Positions 10,081-19,339 of a stretch of DNA of 64,000 nucleotides are shown here, one piece after another (position 1 is the first letter of the stretch; each line of letters opens with the position of its first letter). The notes beneath the pieces were generated by a model. The model did no database searches and had not been told where the DNA came from. It saw only the letters and a list, made by a program, of their open reading frames with translations. The DNA comes from Patescibacteria group bacterium. GTDB lineage: Bacteria; Patescibacteriota; Patescibacteriia; Magasanikbacterales; UBA922. Where the stretch lies: contig JBAZIZ010000001.1 of NCBI GenBank assembly GCA_041651535.1, positions 6,011-70,010 of the forward strand, given 5' to 3'. The position numbers and the translations under genes are program-made.

Positions 10081-11307
10081 TTATTTTTTATAAGTAGAGT
10101 AAAAAATAATTATATTGATAATATTTTTGAAACTAACCGCCAAAACTAATCCGGCGGTTTTAAAATAATAAAGAGCTGGAATTATTAAGATAAAATAAAT
10201 AATAGGAGTAATTATATTTTTATAAAATATAATTTTTTTATTTTTTAGATTATATGATGTTTCATATCCTAAAAATAAATCAAAAATCCAAATTGGTAAA
10301 AATAATAAAAACAATTGAGCAATAATTACGCTATTTTCATAATTAGGGAAGAATATTTTCATGACAAAAGGTGTAAAAATAATTGCAATAATACTAAAAA
10401 TAAAAGTTAGTATTGAAATATGAAAATATTTTTTAAAATTTATTTTTTCTCTTTTAGCTATTTTAGCTAAATAAATATTTGAAAATTCTTTTATAAGTCC
10501 TTGTAAACTGGTAATCATTTTTTTACCCACACTATAAATCGCTAAGGCTTTCATATCAATAAAAATACCAATCATAACACTATCTAAATTACTAGTTAGT
10601 AAATTTAAAATTTGCATTTTGGTTAAAAAAAATCCATAACTTTTCCAATCAGAATTTTCTTTGTCATTATCAATTAATTTTTGTGTATAAAAATAGCACA
10701 AGCCAGTCGGCAAAATTTGAATTAGTAGGTAAGTTGAAATTAAAATAAGAAAATTACCACGACTTAAAATAATTACAGTAATCATGGCTGATAAATATAA
10801 AATTGATTGTAATGAAGAATATAAATTAAGAATTTTAAATTTTTGTTTTCCTATTAAAAAAGAACGCCAAACATTTGGAGCAAAATTAAATGGAAAAAGT
10901 ATGGCACTTATCAAAAAAGCTTCTGATAATATTATTTCTTGTTTAAAAAAATAGAAACAAGCGATAAAAATAAGACTTAAAGACCCTAACCAACTATATT
11001 TAAATTTAGTTTTCACTGCTTTTTTATAAACTCCATCATTATTTTTTGCCACAGCTTCAATAGTAGAAGTATTAAGTCCAGGAATCGAAAAAATTGCGAT
11101 TATAGTCAAGATAGATAAAAAGAAATTATATTGCCCGACTACATCTTTGGAAACAAATCTAGTTAAAAATATTAAAATTATCAAACCAGACATGGTTGAA
11201 AAAAATTTGCCAATTCCTGTCCAAAAACTGTTCTTTACCAGATAGATCATGTCAGTTTTGACGTATTTTTGGATCCAAAGTAGTATTTTCTTGATTTTTT
11301 GTCTCAT
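10081..11307 (-). CDS. wzx: Oligosaccharide flippase (Wzx/MATE-like)
   Basis: About 12 hydrophobic helices with Wzx-like segments (LTRFVSKDVVGQY, LDSVMIG..ALAIYSVG); ATG at 11307. Confidence 0.75.
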   Translation of the reverse strand: MRQKIKKILLWIQKYVKTDMIYLVKNSFWTGIGKFFSTMSGLIILIFLTRFVSKDVVGQYNFFLSILTIIAIFSIPGLNTSTIEAVAKNNDGVYKKAVKTKFKYSWLGSLSLIFIACFYFFKQEIILSEAFLISAILFPFNFAPNVWRSFLIGKQKFKILNLYSSLQSILYLSAMITVIILSRGNFLILISTYLLIQILPTGLCYFYTQKLIDNDKENSDWKSYGFFLTKMQILNLLTSNLDSVMIGIFIDMKALAIYSVGKKMITSLQGLIKEFSNIYLAKIAKREKINFKKYFHISILTFIFSIIAIIFTPFVMKIFFPNYENSVIIAQLFLLFLPIWIFDLFLGYETSYNLKNKKIIFYKNIITPIIYFILIIPALYYFKTAGLVLAVSFKNIINIIIFYSTYKK

Positions 11308-11340
11308 TGTGATAAAATTAAGGAAATAAATAAAATAAAT

Positions 11341-12717
11341 ATGAATATTTTGTATATCGGTTCTGGATTTGTCGGAGCTTGCTCTGCAGCTGTTTCTGCG
11401 GCCAGTGGTCATAATGTTTTCGTCTATGATATAGACGAAAAAAAGATAAAAATGCTAAGTTCTGGTGATAGAGATACAATTGAAAATTGTCTTCATGAAA
11501 CTGGACTAGGAGATTTACTTGTTAAACATTCTGACAGAATAAAGTTTAGCACAGATTATGAAAAAGTAAAAGAATTTTTAGCTGAAGTTGATGCTATTTT
11601 TATGTGTTTACCAACCCCAGAAATTGGTGAGACAGGGGAAAGTAATTTGTCTTATTATTTTGATGCTTGTGAAAAATTAGCCAAAAATTTATTAAATAGA
11701 AATAATGGAAATCAATCAAAATATGTAGTCATAGTCAATAAAAGTACTGTACCAATAGAAATGGCAGATAAAACTGAAGAAATTTTAAATAAAATTGGTG
11801 TAAAAAATTTTGGTGTAGTTTCTAATCCTGAATTTTTAGTTGAAGGTAAAGCAATTGAAGGTTCACTAAGACCTGACAGAGTAGTAATTGGAGCTTGGCA
11901 AGAAAAAGATTTTATGGTTATGAGAAATGTTTATCAAAGATTTTATGATTCGCCAAATGTAAAATATATTGAAGTAAATCCAAAAGAAGCTGCAGCTGGA
12001 AAACTTTTGGCAAATTTTTATTTATTTAATAAATTGGCTGTTTGTTTTGATGTAATTGGACGAACTTGTGAATCTTTTACTAATTTAAAATTTGAACAAA
12101 TTAGAAAAATTTTAACTAGCGATCCTCGTATTGGTGAATGGGGATTGTATGATAGCTTATACGCTGGAGGAAGTTGTTTTATAAAAGATGCTCGTTCACT
12201 TGCACACCAACTTCAGACAAATGGCAGTGAAGCAATTTTAGTAAATGAAACTTATTTGGCTAACAAAAGACAATTAGAAAGATTTATTTCTCGTGCAGAA
12301 AGAGATTTAAATTTTGATTGGAATGGAAAAAAAGTAACGATTTTGGGTACAGCTTTCAAAAGAGACACAAATGATATTAGAAATTCACCAAGTATAGATA
12401 TTGTAAATTTTCTTTTTGAAAATTCTATTGAAAAAATAAATATTTTTGATCCAGTCGCTAATGAAAATTTTAAAATATTGTTTCCTGAAAATGAAAAAAT
12501 AAAATATTTTGATCATGAAAATAAAGCGATTTTAGATACTGATATCATAATTATTACGACTGACTGGCCACAATTTCGTGGTTTAGCTGATTTTTTGTTA
12601 GAAAAATTTAAAGAAGAAAAAAAACCAATTATTATGGATGGCCGAAGAATGTTACAACATAAATATAATGATTTAAAGCAAGCTGGTTTCAAAATTATTG
12701 CAGTTGGAGAAAAATAA
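11341..12717 (+). CDS. ugd: UDP-glucose/GDP-mannose 6-dehydrogenase family
   Basis: GSGFVG, NKSTVP, NPEFLVEG, catalytic GGSCFIKD, AFKRDTNDIRNSP. Confidence 0.9.
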   Translation: MNILYIGSGFVGACSAAVSAASGHNVFVYDIDEKKIKMLSSGDRDTIENCLHETGLGDLLVKHSDRIKFSTDYEKVKEFLAEVDAIFMCLPTPEIGETGESNLSYYFDACEKLAKNLLNRNNGNQSKYVVIVNKSTVPIEMADKTEEILNKIGVKNFGVVSNPEFLVEGKAIEGSLRPDRVVIGAWQEKDFMVMRNVYQRFYDSPNVKYIEVNPKEAAAGKLLANFYLFNKLAVCFDVIGRTCESFTNLKFEQIRKILTSDPRIGEWGLYDSLYAGGSCFIKDARSLAHQLQTNGSEAILVNETYLANKRQLERFISRAERDLNFDWNGKKVTILGTAFKRDTNDIRNSPSIDIVNFLFENSIEKINIFDPVANENFKILFPENEKIKYFDHENKAILDTDIIIITTDWPQFRGLADFLLEKFKEEKKPIIMDGRRMLQHKYNDLKQAGFKIIAVGEK

Positions 12718-12720
12718 ATA

Positions 12721-12741
12721 ATTTTAGATTTTAGAATTATA
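12721..12741 (+). repeat. Solo heptamer array after ugd stop
   Basis: attttag attttag aattata. Confidence 0.45.
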
Positions 12742-12749
12742 AATAAAAT

Positions 12750-13376
12750 ATGTATTCATTAGAAGAAAAAAAAATTATTTTACATACTAGCCATAAAGTG
12801 GAAAGTTTGTTTAAAAATTATCCAGTGCCAGCTCATGGAATAAAACATATCAAACACGTTGTCGAATATACAAAACAGATTGCAAAAAAAGAAAAAACAA
12901 ATATATTTTTAGCAGAAATGAGCGCTTGGCTTCATGACATTGGTAGAACTTTGGAAATTGACGATTCTTTTCATGGAAATAAACATCATGAATTATCTTA
13001 TGAATTATGTCAGAAATGGTTTCAAGAAGACAAAATATACAATAAATTAAATCGTAAACAAAAAGAAATTTTATTATATTCTGTGCGTTATCATTGGAAT
13101 AATGTTGCTGATAAATATGATACAGCTTGGATTTTACGCGATGCTGATAAATTAGATAGTTTAGGAAAAAACGGTATAGAAAGAATGCTGGAATTTTCAG
13201 AAAAAGATGAAAGTAAATTAGAATTAAATTTGCGTTTGCGTTATGATATTTTTTATTGGTTAAAGACAAAGACAGCTAAAAAAATTGTTAAAGATAAAAA
13301 AATGATGGAACAAATTGATAAATTTTATTTTAAGTTATTAAAAAAAGAAATTAAACCAATTAAAATTAAAAAATAA
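12750..13376 (+). CDS. HD-domain phosphohydrolase
   Basis: H..H, WLHDIG, H, DADKLDSLG motifs. Confidence 0.85.
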   Translation: MYSLEEKKIILHTSHKVESLFKNYPVPAHGIKHIKHVVEYTKQIAKKEKTNIFLAEMSAWLHDIGRTLEIDDSFHGNKHHELSYELCQKWFQEDKIYNKLNRKQKEILLYSVRYHWNNVADKYDTAWILRDADKLDSLGKNGIERMLEFSEKDESKLELNLRLRYDIFYWLKTKTAKKIVKDKKMMEQIDKFYFKLLKKEIKPIKIKK

Positions 13377-13384
13377 ACAACCTA

Positions 13385-13417
13385 AATTCTAGATTTAAGA
13401 TTTTAGATTTAAGAATT
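13385..13417 (+). repeat. Heptamer tandem array, left arm of inverted repeat around the four-helix-bundle gene
   Basis: aattcta gatttaa gatttta gatttaa gaatt. Confidence 0.8.
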
Positions 13418-13435
13418 TTAATTTAAAAATATAAT

Positions 13436-13801
13436 ATGAATAAGGAGGGGTTAAAGCAAAGAACAAAAGAATATTCTTTGCGAATAATTAAATTAATTCA
13501 AGCTTTACCAAATAATATTACAGCTTGGACAATATCTAAACAATTGGTAAGAAGCGGGACATCAGTCGGAGCAAATTATAGAGCTGTATGTAGATCAAGA
13601 TCAGAAGCAGATTTTATAGCTAAATTAGGGATAGTAATTGAAGAAGCTGATGAAAGTGCATTTTGGTTAGAATTAATTATTGAAAATAATTTATTAAAAA
13701 AAGAATTGGTTAATCCACTTTTAAAAGAAACCAATGAAATAATAGCAATTTTAGTTTCATCTTTAAAAACAATGAAAAATAAAAATAATAAAAAACTCTA
13801 G
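13436..13801 (+). CDS. Four helix bundle protein (23S rRNA IVP / Avd-like, TIGR02436)
   Basis: QLVRSGTSVGANYRA..RSRS.ADFIAKLGIVIEEADES.FWLEL signature. Confidence 0.9.
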   Translation: MNKEGLKQRTKEYSLRIIKLIQALPNNITAWTISKQLVRSGTSVGANYRAVCRSRSEADFIAKLGIVIEEADESAFWLELIIENNLLKKELVNPLLKETNEIIAILVSSLKTMKNKNNKKL

Positions 13802-13807
13802 AATTTT

Positions 13808-13842
13808 AACTCTAGAATCTTAAATCTTAAATCATAAATCAT
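13808..13842 (-). repeat. Heptamer tandem array, right (inverted) arm
   Basis: aactcta gaatctt aaatctt aaatcat aaatcat; the reverse complement of 13816-13840 matches 13392-13416 at 22/25. Confidence 0.8.
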
Positions 13843-14754
13843 ATGCGTTATTTAGTCACTGGTGGTGCTGGTTTTATCGGCACAAATTTAGTTAAAAAAT
13901 TATTATCACTTGGTCATGAAGTGGTTGTTTTAGATAATTATGCTGGCGGAAAAAAAGAGGAAAGACTTCAAGAAAAAGCAAAATATATTGAAGGTGATAT
14001 TCGTAATGAAAAAGATCTTGATCTTGCTTGTGAAGGAATAGATGGTATTTTTCATTTAGCAGCTCTACCAAGAGTTACTTTTTCAGTAGAAGAGCCTGAA
14101 CTTACTCATGATGTAAATGTTAATGGAACTTTAAAAGTATTGTTAGCTGCAAAAAAACATAATATCAAGAGAGTTGTCTTTTCATCATCTTCATCTACTT
14201 ATGGTGCAGAAGAAAAAAACTTATTAAAAGAAGATGGAGCAGTCAAAATGCCGATTAGTCCTTATGCACTTCATAAACTTATCGGAGAACATTATTGTCG
14301 TCTTTTTTCTGATTTGTATGGTTTAGAAACTGTAAGTTTGATTTATTTCAATGTTTATGGACCATATTTTGACCCAGAAGGTGCTTATGCTCTTGTAGTC
14401 GGTAAATTCCTTAAACAAAAAAAAGAAGGTCTTCCAATGACAATTTGTGGTGACGGAGAATATTATCGTGATTATACTCATGTTTCTGATGTGGTTCAGG
14501 CAAATATTTTAGCTATGACAAAAGAAAATGTAGGACATGGTGAAACTTTTAATATTGGTTGTGGAACACCAAGAACTGTTAATGAATTAGCAAAATTAAT
14601 TGGTGGGGAAACTTTAAATATTGAGGCTCGTCCAGGTGATCCAAGATTTTCTGGAGCTGATAACACAAAAGCAAAAGAAATACTTGGTTGGGAACCAAAA
14701 GTAAGTTTAGAGGAAGGAATAGTTGAACTTAAAAAAGATTGGGAAATCAAATAA
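13843..14754 (+). CDS. NAD-dependent epimerase/dehydratase (WbpP/UDP-GlcNAc 4-epimerase-like SDR)
   Basis: TGGAGFIG, SSSS, YALHK, YFNVYGP, RDYTHVSDV. Confidence 0.9.
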   Translation: MRYLVTGGAGFIGTNLVKKLLSLGHEVVVLDNYAGGKKEERLQEKAKYIEGDIRNEKDLDLACEGIDGIFHLAALPRVTFSVEEPELTHDVNVNGTLKVLLAAKKHNIKRVVFSSSSSTYGAEEKNLLKEDGAVKMPISPYALHKLIGEHYCRLFSDLYGLETVSLIYFNVYGPYFDPEGAYALVVGKFLKQKKEGLPMTICGDGEYYRDYTHVSDVVQANILAMTKENVGHGETFNIGCGTPRTVNELAKLIGGETLNIEARPGDPRFSGADNTKAKEILGWEPKVSLEEGIVELKKDWEIK

Positions 14755-14788
14755 ATTAGGATTTAAGATTTTAGAATTAAGAAATAAA
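14754..14788 (+). repeat. Solo heptamer array after epimerase stop
   Basis: aattagg atttaag attttag aattaag aaataaa. Confidence 0.7.
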
Positions 14789-14837
14789 AAAACAGTGTTT
14801 AGTCATTGATTATTTTAAAATAGTAAAAAATAATGTT

Positions 14838-16409
14838 ATGTTTAAAAAAAAGAAAAATATAATTATTATCACAGGTTTTATTTTACTTTTCTTTTTGTAT
14901 AATTTTTTAAATCTAATTAATCCTAGATTTTTTAATTCTCCTGATGAAAATGCTAATTTTGTTTTTATTTCAAATTTCGCACAAAATAATTCTTTGATAA
15001 TTCCACTTACAAAAGATTATGAAATATTTAATGAATTTATTCATCCTCGCAGTACTTTTGTGATAGAAAAAGGCGGGCAAGATATTTTACCAGTTGGTTT
15101 TTGGGGGATAATAATTTTTTATGGTGCATTTGCTAAAATTTTTGGAGATTATTTGCTTCTTTTCCTGACTTCTATTTTGACTATTTTGGCTGGATTAGCT
15201 TTTTATAAAATTATAGAAAAAATTTGGAATAAAAATATTGCTTGGTTTTCTACCATATTATTTTATATTCACCCAGCAGTTTTTTATTATACTAGTAGAT
15301 CTTTTTTTCCAAATATGCCGTTTATAGATTTACTTATAATTTCACTTTATTTTTTATTGACAAAACCTTTTTCAAAAAAATATCAAAAATTATTTGTAGA
15401 TGATATTATTGGATTTGTTTTTTTACTTTCAGCATTACTTGTAAGACCAAGTGAAATTGTTTGGCTTTTTATTTCGGGACTTATTATTTTATTTAGTTAT
15501 AAAAAAGAAATAAGTAATAAATCTCTGGTTCGATTTTCGATTATTAGTTTTTTATTTTTTTTATTTTATTTGATTATAAATACTTTTTTATATAATAATT
15601 CTGCTCCGACTTATATTAGCTCTAATTCTTTAGATTTAGATTCAAAATTAAATTATATTTTTCCGTTTGGAATAAATTTAAATCTGATTTTAAGTACTGG
15701 ATATTTTTATTTTGTAAAATTATTTTTACCTTTTGTTTTTTTAGCACTATTAGGAATTTTTGTATTTTTATTTGATTGGCAAAAAAATAAAAATATTAAC
15801 AAAGAACAAAAAATTTATTTTAGTTTGTTTATTTTTATTTCATTATTTTTATTTGTTTATTACGGAAGTTACAAAACTGAAATGTATTATCAAAAAACTA
15901 TTGGCGTAGCTTATGATCGTTATTGGCTTTTGATTTTCATCATGTCATTACCATTTATTGCTTATTTTTTTGATTATTTTAAAAGAAAATTAAATTATAA
16001 AAAAGATTATTTTATATATAGTTTTATTTTTATTTTATTTTTATTTAGTTTCAAATTGACTTTTACTAGTTTGAATGGAATTTTTTTTATAAATAATCAA
16101 TTACAATATCAAAAAGAGGTGAGAGAAGATGTTTTGAATAAATATGGTAATGATGTTATAATTTTGACTGATTCTGAAGATAAATTTTTTTGGCCAGAAA
16201 TAGAGGTAATAGTGCGTTTTTTTGATCCAAATGTGGCTAAAAATAGCTATAAAATGCTTGAAAATAATTATGAATTGTATTATTTTACTCATAATGATGA
16301 AAAAAGATTTTTTCAAGCTAGAGATTATTTAGAAATTTATAATTTAGAAATTGTAAAAGAAAAAGTTTACAAAGAGCATACTTTGTTTAAGTTAAAAATT
16401 AAAAATTAA
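14838..16409 (+). CDS. GT-C fold membrane glycosyltransferase (GT39/ArnT-like)
   Basis: SPDE acidic motif after the first TM, about 11 TMs, RP and RY motifs. Confidence 0.7.
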   Translation: MFKKKKNIIIITGFILLFFLYNFLNLINPRFFNSPDENANFVFISNFAQNNSLIIPLTKDYEIFNEFIHPRSTFVIEKGGQDILPVGFWGIIIFYGAFAKIFGDYLLLFLTSILTILAGLAFYKIIEKIWNKNIAWFSTILFYIHPAVFYYTSRSFFPNMPFIDLLIISLYFLLTKPFSKKYQKLFVDDIIGFVFLLSALLVRPSEIVWLFISGLIILFSYKKEISNKSLVRFSIISFLFFLFYLIINTFLYNNSAPTYISSNSLDLDSKLNYIFPFGINLNLILSTGYFYFVKLFLPFVFLALLGIFVFLFDWQKNKNINKEQKIYFSLFIFISLFLFVYYGSYKTEMYYQKTIGVAYDRYWLLIFIMSLPFIAYFFDYFKRKLNYKKDYFIYSFIFILFLFSFKLTFTSLNGIFFINNQLQYQKEVREDVLNKYGNDVIILTDSEDKFFWPEIEVIVRFFDPNVAKNSYKMLENNYELYYFTHNDEKRFFQARDYLEIYNLEIVKEKVYKEHTLFKLKIKN

Positions 16410-16412
16410 TTT

Positions 16413-16808
16413 ATGTGTATATTTTGTAAAATTATAAATAAAGAAATCCCAAATTATACTGTTTATGAAGATGATTTTGTTTTAGCTTTTTTAGATATAA
16501 ATCCTTGTACAAAAGGTCATACATTAGTTATACCAAAAAAACATTATGAAAATGTTTTTGTTTTGCCTGATGAAGAATTACAAAGAATTACGGTGGTGGC
16601 TAAAAAAATTGCTATTTTGTTAAAAGAAAAACTTGGAGCTGAAGGAATTAATTTTTTAAATTCAAATGGAAAAATTGCTCAGCAAGAAATTGAACATTAT
16701 CATATGCATATTATTCCACGTTATAAAGATAATAATTGTAAAATTGATTTCTTAAATAAGACAGAAGAAAAAGATTTTGAATCAGTAATTGCTAAAATTA
16801 ATAAATAA
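16413..16808 (+). CDS. hit: HIT family nucleotide hydrolase
   Basis: CIFCKI, GHTLVIPKKH, HYHMHIIPR triad. Confidence 0.95.
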   Translation: MCIFCKIINKEIPNYTVYEDDFVLAFLDINPCTKGHTLVIPKKHYENVFVLPDEELQRITVVAKKIAILLKEKLGAEGINFLNSNGKIAQQEIEHYHMHIIPRYKDNNCKIDFLNKTEEKDFESVIAKINK

Positions 16809-16813
16809 TATTT

Positions 16814-17347
16814 ATGCCAAAACGATTAAATAAAATTTCTGAAGAAATTTTACATGAAAATCCGTGGTACAGTTACAAACATGATAAATATGAAAAACCA
16901 AATGGCCAAATTGGGGATTACTACTATTCTGAAGGAAAAGGATTTGCTTTGGTAGTTCCAGTATTAGATGATGGTAGAATAGTTTTAACTTTACAATATC
17001 GTTATTTATCTGATAAACAAAGTGTAGAATTTCCAGGAGGAGTAATTGAAGAAAATGAATCAGCTTTAGAAGCTGCTAAAAGAGAATTGTTAGAAGAAAC
17101 TGGTTGTGTGGCTGGGGAGATTGTAAAAATGGGAGTTTTTGAACCAGACAATGTTTTAGTAAGAAATTCAGCGCATGTATTTTTAGCTAAAATTATTGAT
17201 CAAAAATCACAAAATTTAGATGATAGTGAAGAAATAGAAGTTTTGTATAGAACACCTGAAGATGTGGAAAGAATGATAAAAAATAATGAAATTTTGTGTG
17301 GAAATACTATGGCGGTTTGGGCTTTAGTTAGAAATTATTTTTTATAA
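16814..17347 (+). CDS. NUDIX hydrolase (ADP-ribose pyrophosphatase-like)
   Basis: EFPGGVIEENESALEAAKRELLEETG Nudix box; QYRY. Confidence 0.9.
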   Translation: MPKRLNKISEEILHENPWYSYKHDKYEKPNGQIGDYYYSEGKGFALVVPVLDDGRIVLTLQYRYLSDKQSVEFPGGVIEENESALEAAKRELLEETGCVAGEIVKMGVFEPDNVLVRNSAHVFLAKIIDQKSQNLDDSEEIEVLYRTPEDVERMIKNNEILCGNTMAVWALVRNYFL

Positions 17348-17354
17348 TTATTAT

Positions 17355-17828
17355 ATGTTAAATAAAGAATATCAAGAATATGTTTATGCCTGTGTTGATG
17401 TAATTATCAAAAATGAAGAAGGCAAAATTTTATTAACCAAAAGAAATGTTGAACCTTTTAAAAATACTTGGATTTTGCCGGGTGGTAGAATGAAACTCGG
17501 AGAATTACCATTGATTACGGCTCAAAGAGAAATATTTGAAGAAACAGGTTTACAAATTGAACCAAAAAAATTATATGGAGTTTATGCTGATCCAAATCGT
17601 GATCCTAGATGTTATACAGTTTCTATTATTTATGTAGCTGAAATTAGTGGCGGTGAAATGATTAAAACTTTAGAAGTGTCAGCTTATAAATGGATTGATA
17701 AAAATGAAATTCCACAAGAAATTGGTTTTGATCACCGAGACATAATTGAGGATTTTTTTAAATTTCCAGAAGAACAACAAATAGACAATAATTTTAAAAA
17801 TAAAGATTTTAATCTTTTTAAAAAATAA
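17355..17828 (+). CDS. NUDIX hydrolase
   Basis: WILPGGRMKLGELPLITAQREIFEETG; PNRDPR; FDH. Confidence 0.9.
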   Translation: MLNKEYQEYVYACVDVIIKNEEGKILLTKRNVEPFKNTWILPGGRMKLGELPLITAQREIFEETGLQIEPKKLYGVYADPNRDPRCYTVSIIYVAEISGGEMIKTLEVSAYKWIDKNEIPQEIGFDHRDIIEDFFKFPEEQQIDNNFKNKDFNLFKK

Positions 17829-17846
17829 TTTCTTAATTTATTATTT

Positions 17847-18902
17847 ATGAATATATTAGTTTGCGGCGGAGCTGGATTTATTGGTTCCAATTTTATTCGT
17901 CACATGCTCCAAAAATATCCTAGCTATAAAATAGTTAATTATGATAAATTAACTTATGCTGGAAATTTGGAAAATCTAAAAGATGTAGAAAATAATCCAA
18001 ATTATAATTTTGTTCAAGGAGACATTATTGATTTGGATAATTTAAATAAAGTTATTAAAGAATATAATATCAATCGAGTTATAAATTTTGCAGCTGAAAC
18101 TCATGTCGATCGTTCTATTCATGGTGGCTGTAAAGATTTTGTTTTAACAAATACTTTGGGAGTACAAATGATTTTGGATGCTGTCAGAAGTAATAATTTA
18201 GAAAAGTTTGTTAATGTTTCGACTGATGAAGTTTATGGTTCTTTAGCTTTAGAGGAAGAAAGATTATTTACAGAACATACTCCAATTGAACCAAATATGC
18301 CTTATGCTGCTGCTAAAGCCGGTGGTGATTTAATGTGTCGAGCTTATTTTGTCACACATAAAGTTCCAGTTGTAGTTACTCATTGTTCAAATAATTATGG
18401 ACCTTATCAATTTCCTGAAAAATTGATTCCTTTTTTTGTTTTTAAATTATTAAAGGGCGAAAAAGTACCAGTTTATGGTGATGGTTTAAATGTGCGTGAT
18501 TGGATTCATGTGGTAGATCATGCCAAAGCTCTTGATTTACTTTTACACGAAGGAATTCCTGGTGAAATTTATAATATTGGTGTGGATAATGAAAGAAATA
18601 ATTTAACTATTACTAAAATGATTTTGAAAATCATGAATTTAAATGAAGAAAGAATAGAATACGTTACTGATAGACCAGGTCATGATAGACGTTATGCGAT
18701 CGATGCTACAAAAATATTAAATTTAGGTTGGAAACCAGAATATACACAAGATAAATTTGAACAAGGTTTACGAGAAACAGTCGAATGGTATTTAAATAAT
18801 AAATCTTGGGTAGAAAATTTATGGCAAAAGAAAAAAGATGAAATGAATAAATTTCAAAGTAATTTAGAAAGATCTGAAGAAAAAATGAAATCTTCAACTT
18901 AA
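17847..18902 (+). CDS. rfbB: dTDP-glucose 4,6-dehydratase
   Basis: GGAGFIGSNF, DKLTYAGN, AAETHVDRS, STDEVYG, CSNNYGPYQFPEKLIP, DRPGHDRRY. Confidence 0.95.
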   Translation: MNILVCGGAGFIGSNFIRHMLQKYPSYKIVNYDKLTYAGNLENLKDVENNPNYNFVQGDIIDLDNLNKVIKEYNINRVINFAAETHVDRSIHGGCKDFVLTNTLGVQMILDAVRSNNLEKFVNVSTDEVYGSLALEEERLFTEHTPIEPNMPYAAAKAGGDLMCRAYFVTHKVPVVVTHCSNNYGPYQFPEKLIPFFVFKLLKGEKVPVYGDGLNVRDWIHVVDHAKALDLLLHEGIPGEIYNIGVDNERNNLTITKMILKIMNLNEERIEYVTDRPGHDRRYAIDATKILNLGWKPEYTQDKFEQGLRETVEWYLNNKSWVENLWQKKKDEMNKFQSNLERSEEKMKSST

Positions 18903-18921
18903 TTTTAATTATTATTTTAAT

Positions 18922-19338
18922 ATGAAAAAATTTCAAGAATTTTCAATAAAAAAAATTGAAGTGCCGGGAAAATTTATTATGAGTCCGGTAGAATTAAGAG
19001 ATTATATAGATTTTGAAGTAAAAAGAATTTATTTTATTAGTCATGTAGAAGCTCCAACAGGTGCTCATTGTCATAAAGTAGAGGAAGAATTGTTTATTTT
19101 ACTTTCTGGAACTTGCAGCGCAGTAATTGATAGGGGAAATGGAATTGAAGAAATAAAAATGATTGGTCCAAATTCTGCAATTTATACTCCAGCTTTTGTT
19201 TGGCATCATTTTAAAGATTTTTCTTCTGATGCAATTTTATTAGCAATTTCTTCAACAAATTATAATCCAGATCGAAGTGATTATATAGAAAATTATGATG
19301 AATATTTGAAAATAAGAGATGAAAAATTAAAAGTTTAA
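18922..19338 (+). CDS. FdtA/QdtA/WxcM-like cupin (sugar ketoisomerase family)
   Basis: FEVKRIYFI, GAHCH, WHHFKDFSSDAILLAISS, DYIENYDEY. Confidence 0.8.
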   Translation: MKKFQEFSIKKIEVPGKFIMSPVELRDYIDFEVKRIYFISHVEAPTGAHCHKVEEELFILLSGTCSAVIDRGNGIEEIKMIGPNSAIYTPAFVWHHFKDFSSDAILLAISSTNYNPDRSDYIENYDEYLKIRDEKLKV

Positions 19339-19339
19339 T

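Noticed and set aside
13436-13801. Diversity-generating retroelement (Avd-like gene)
   Set aside because: No reverse transcriptase and no TR/VR repeat pair seen in the window
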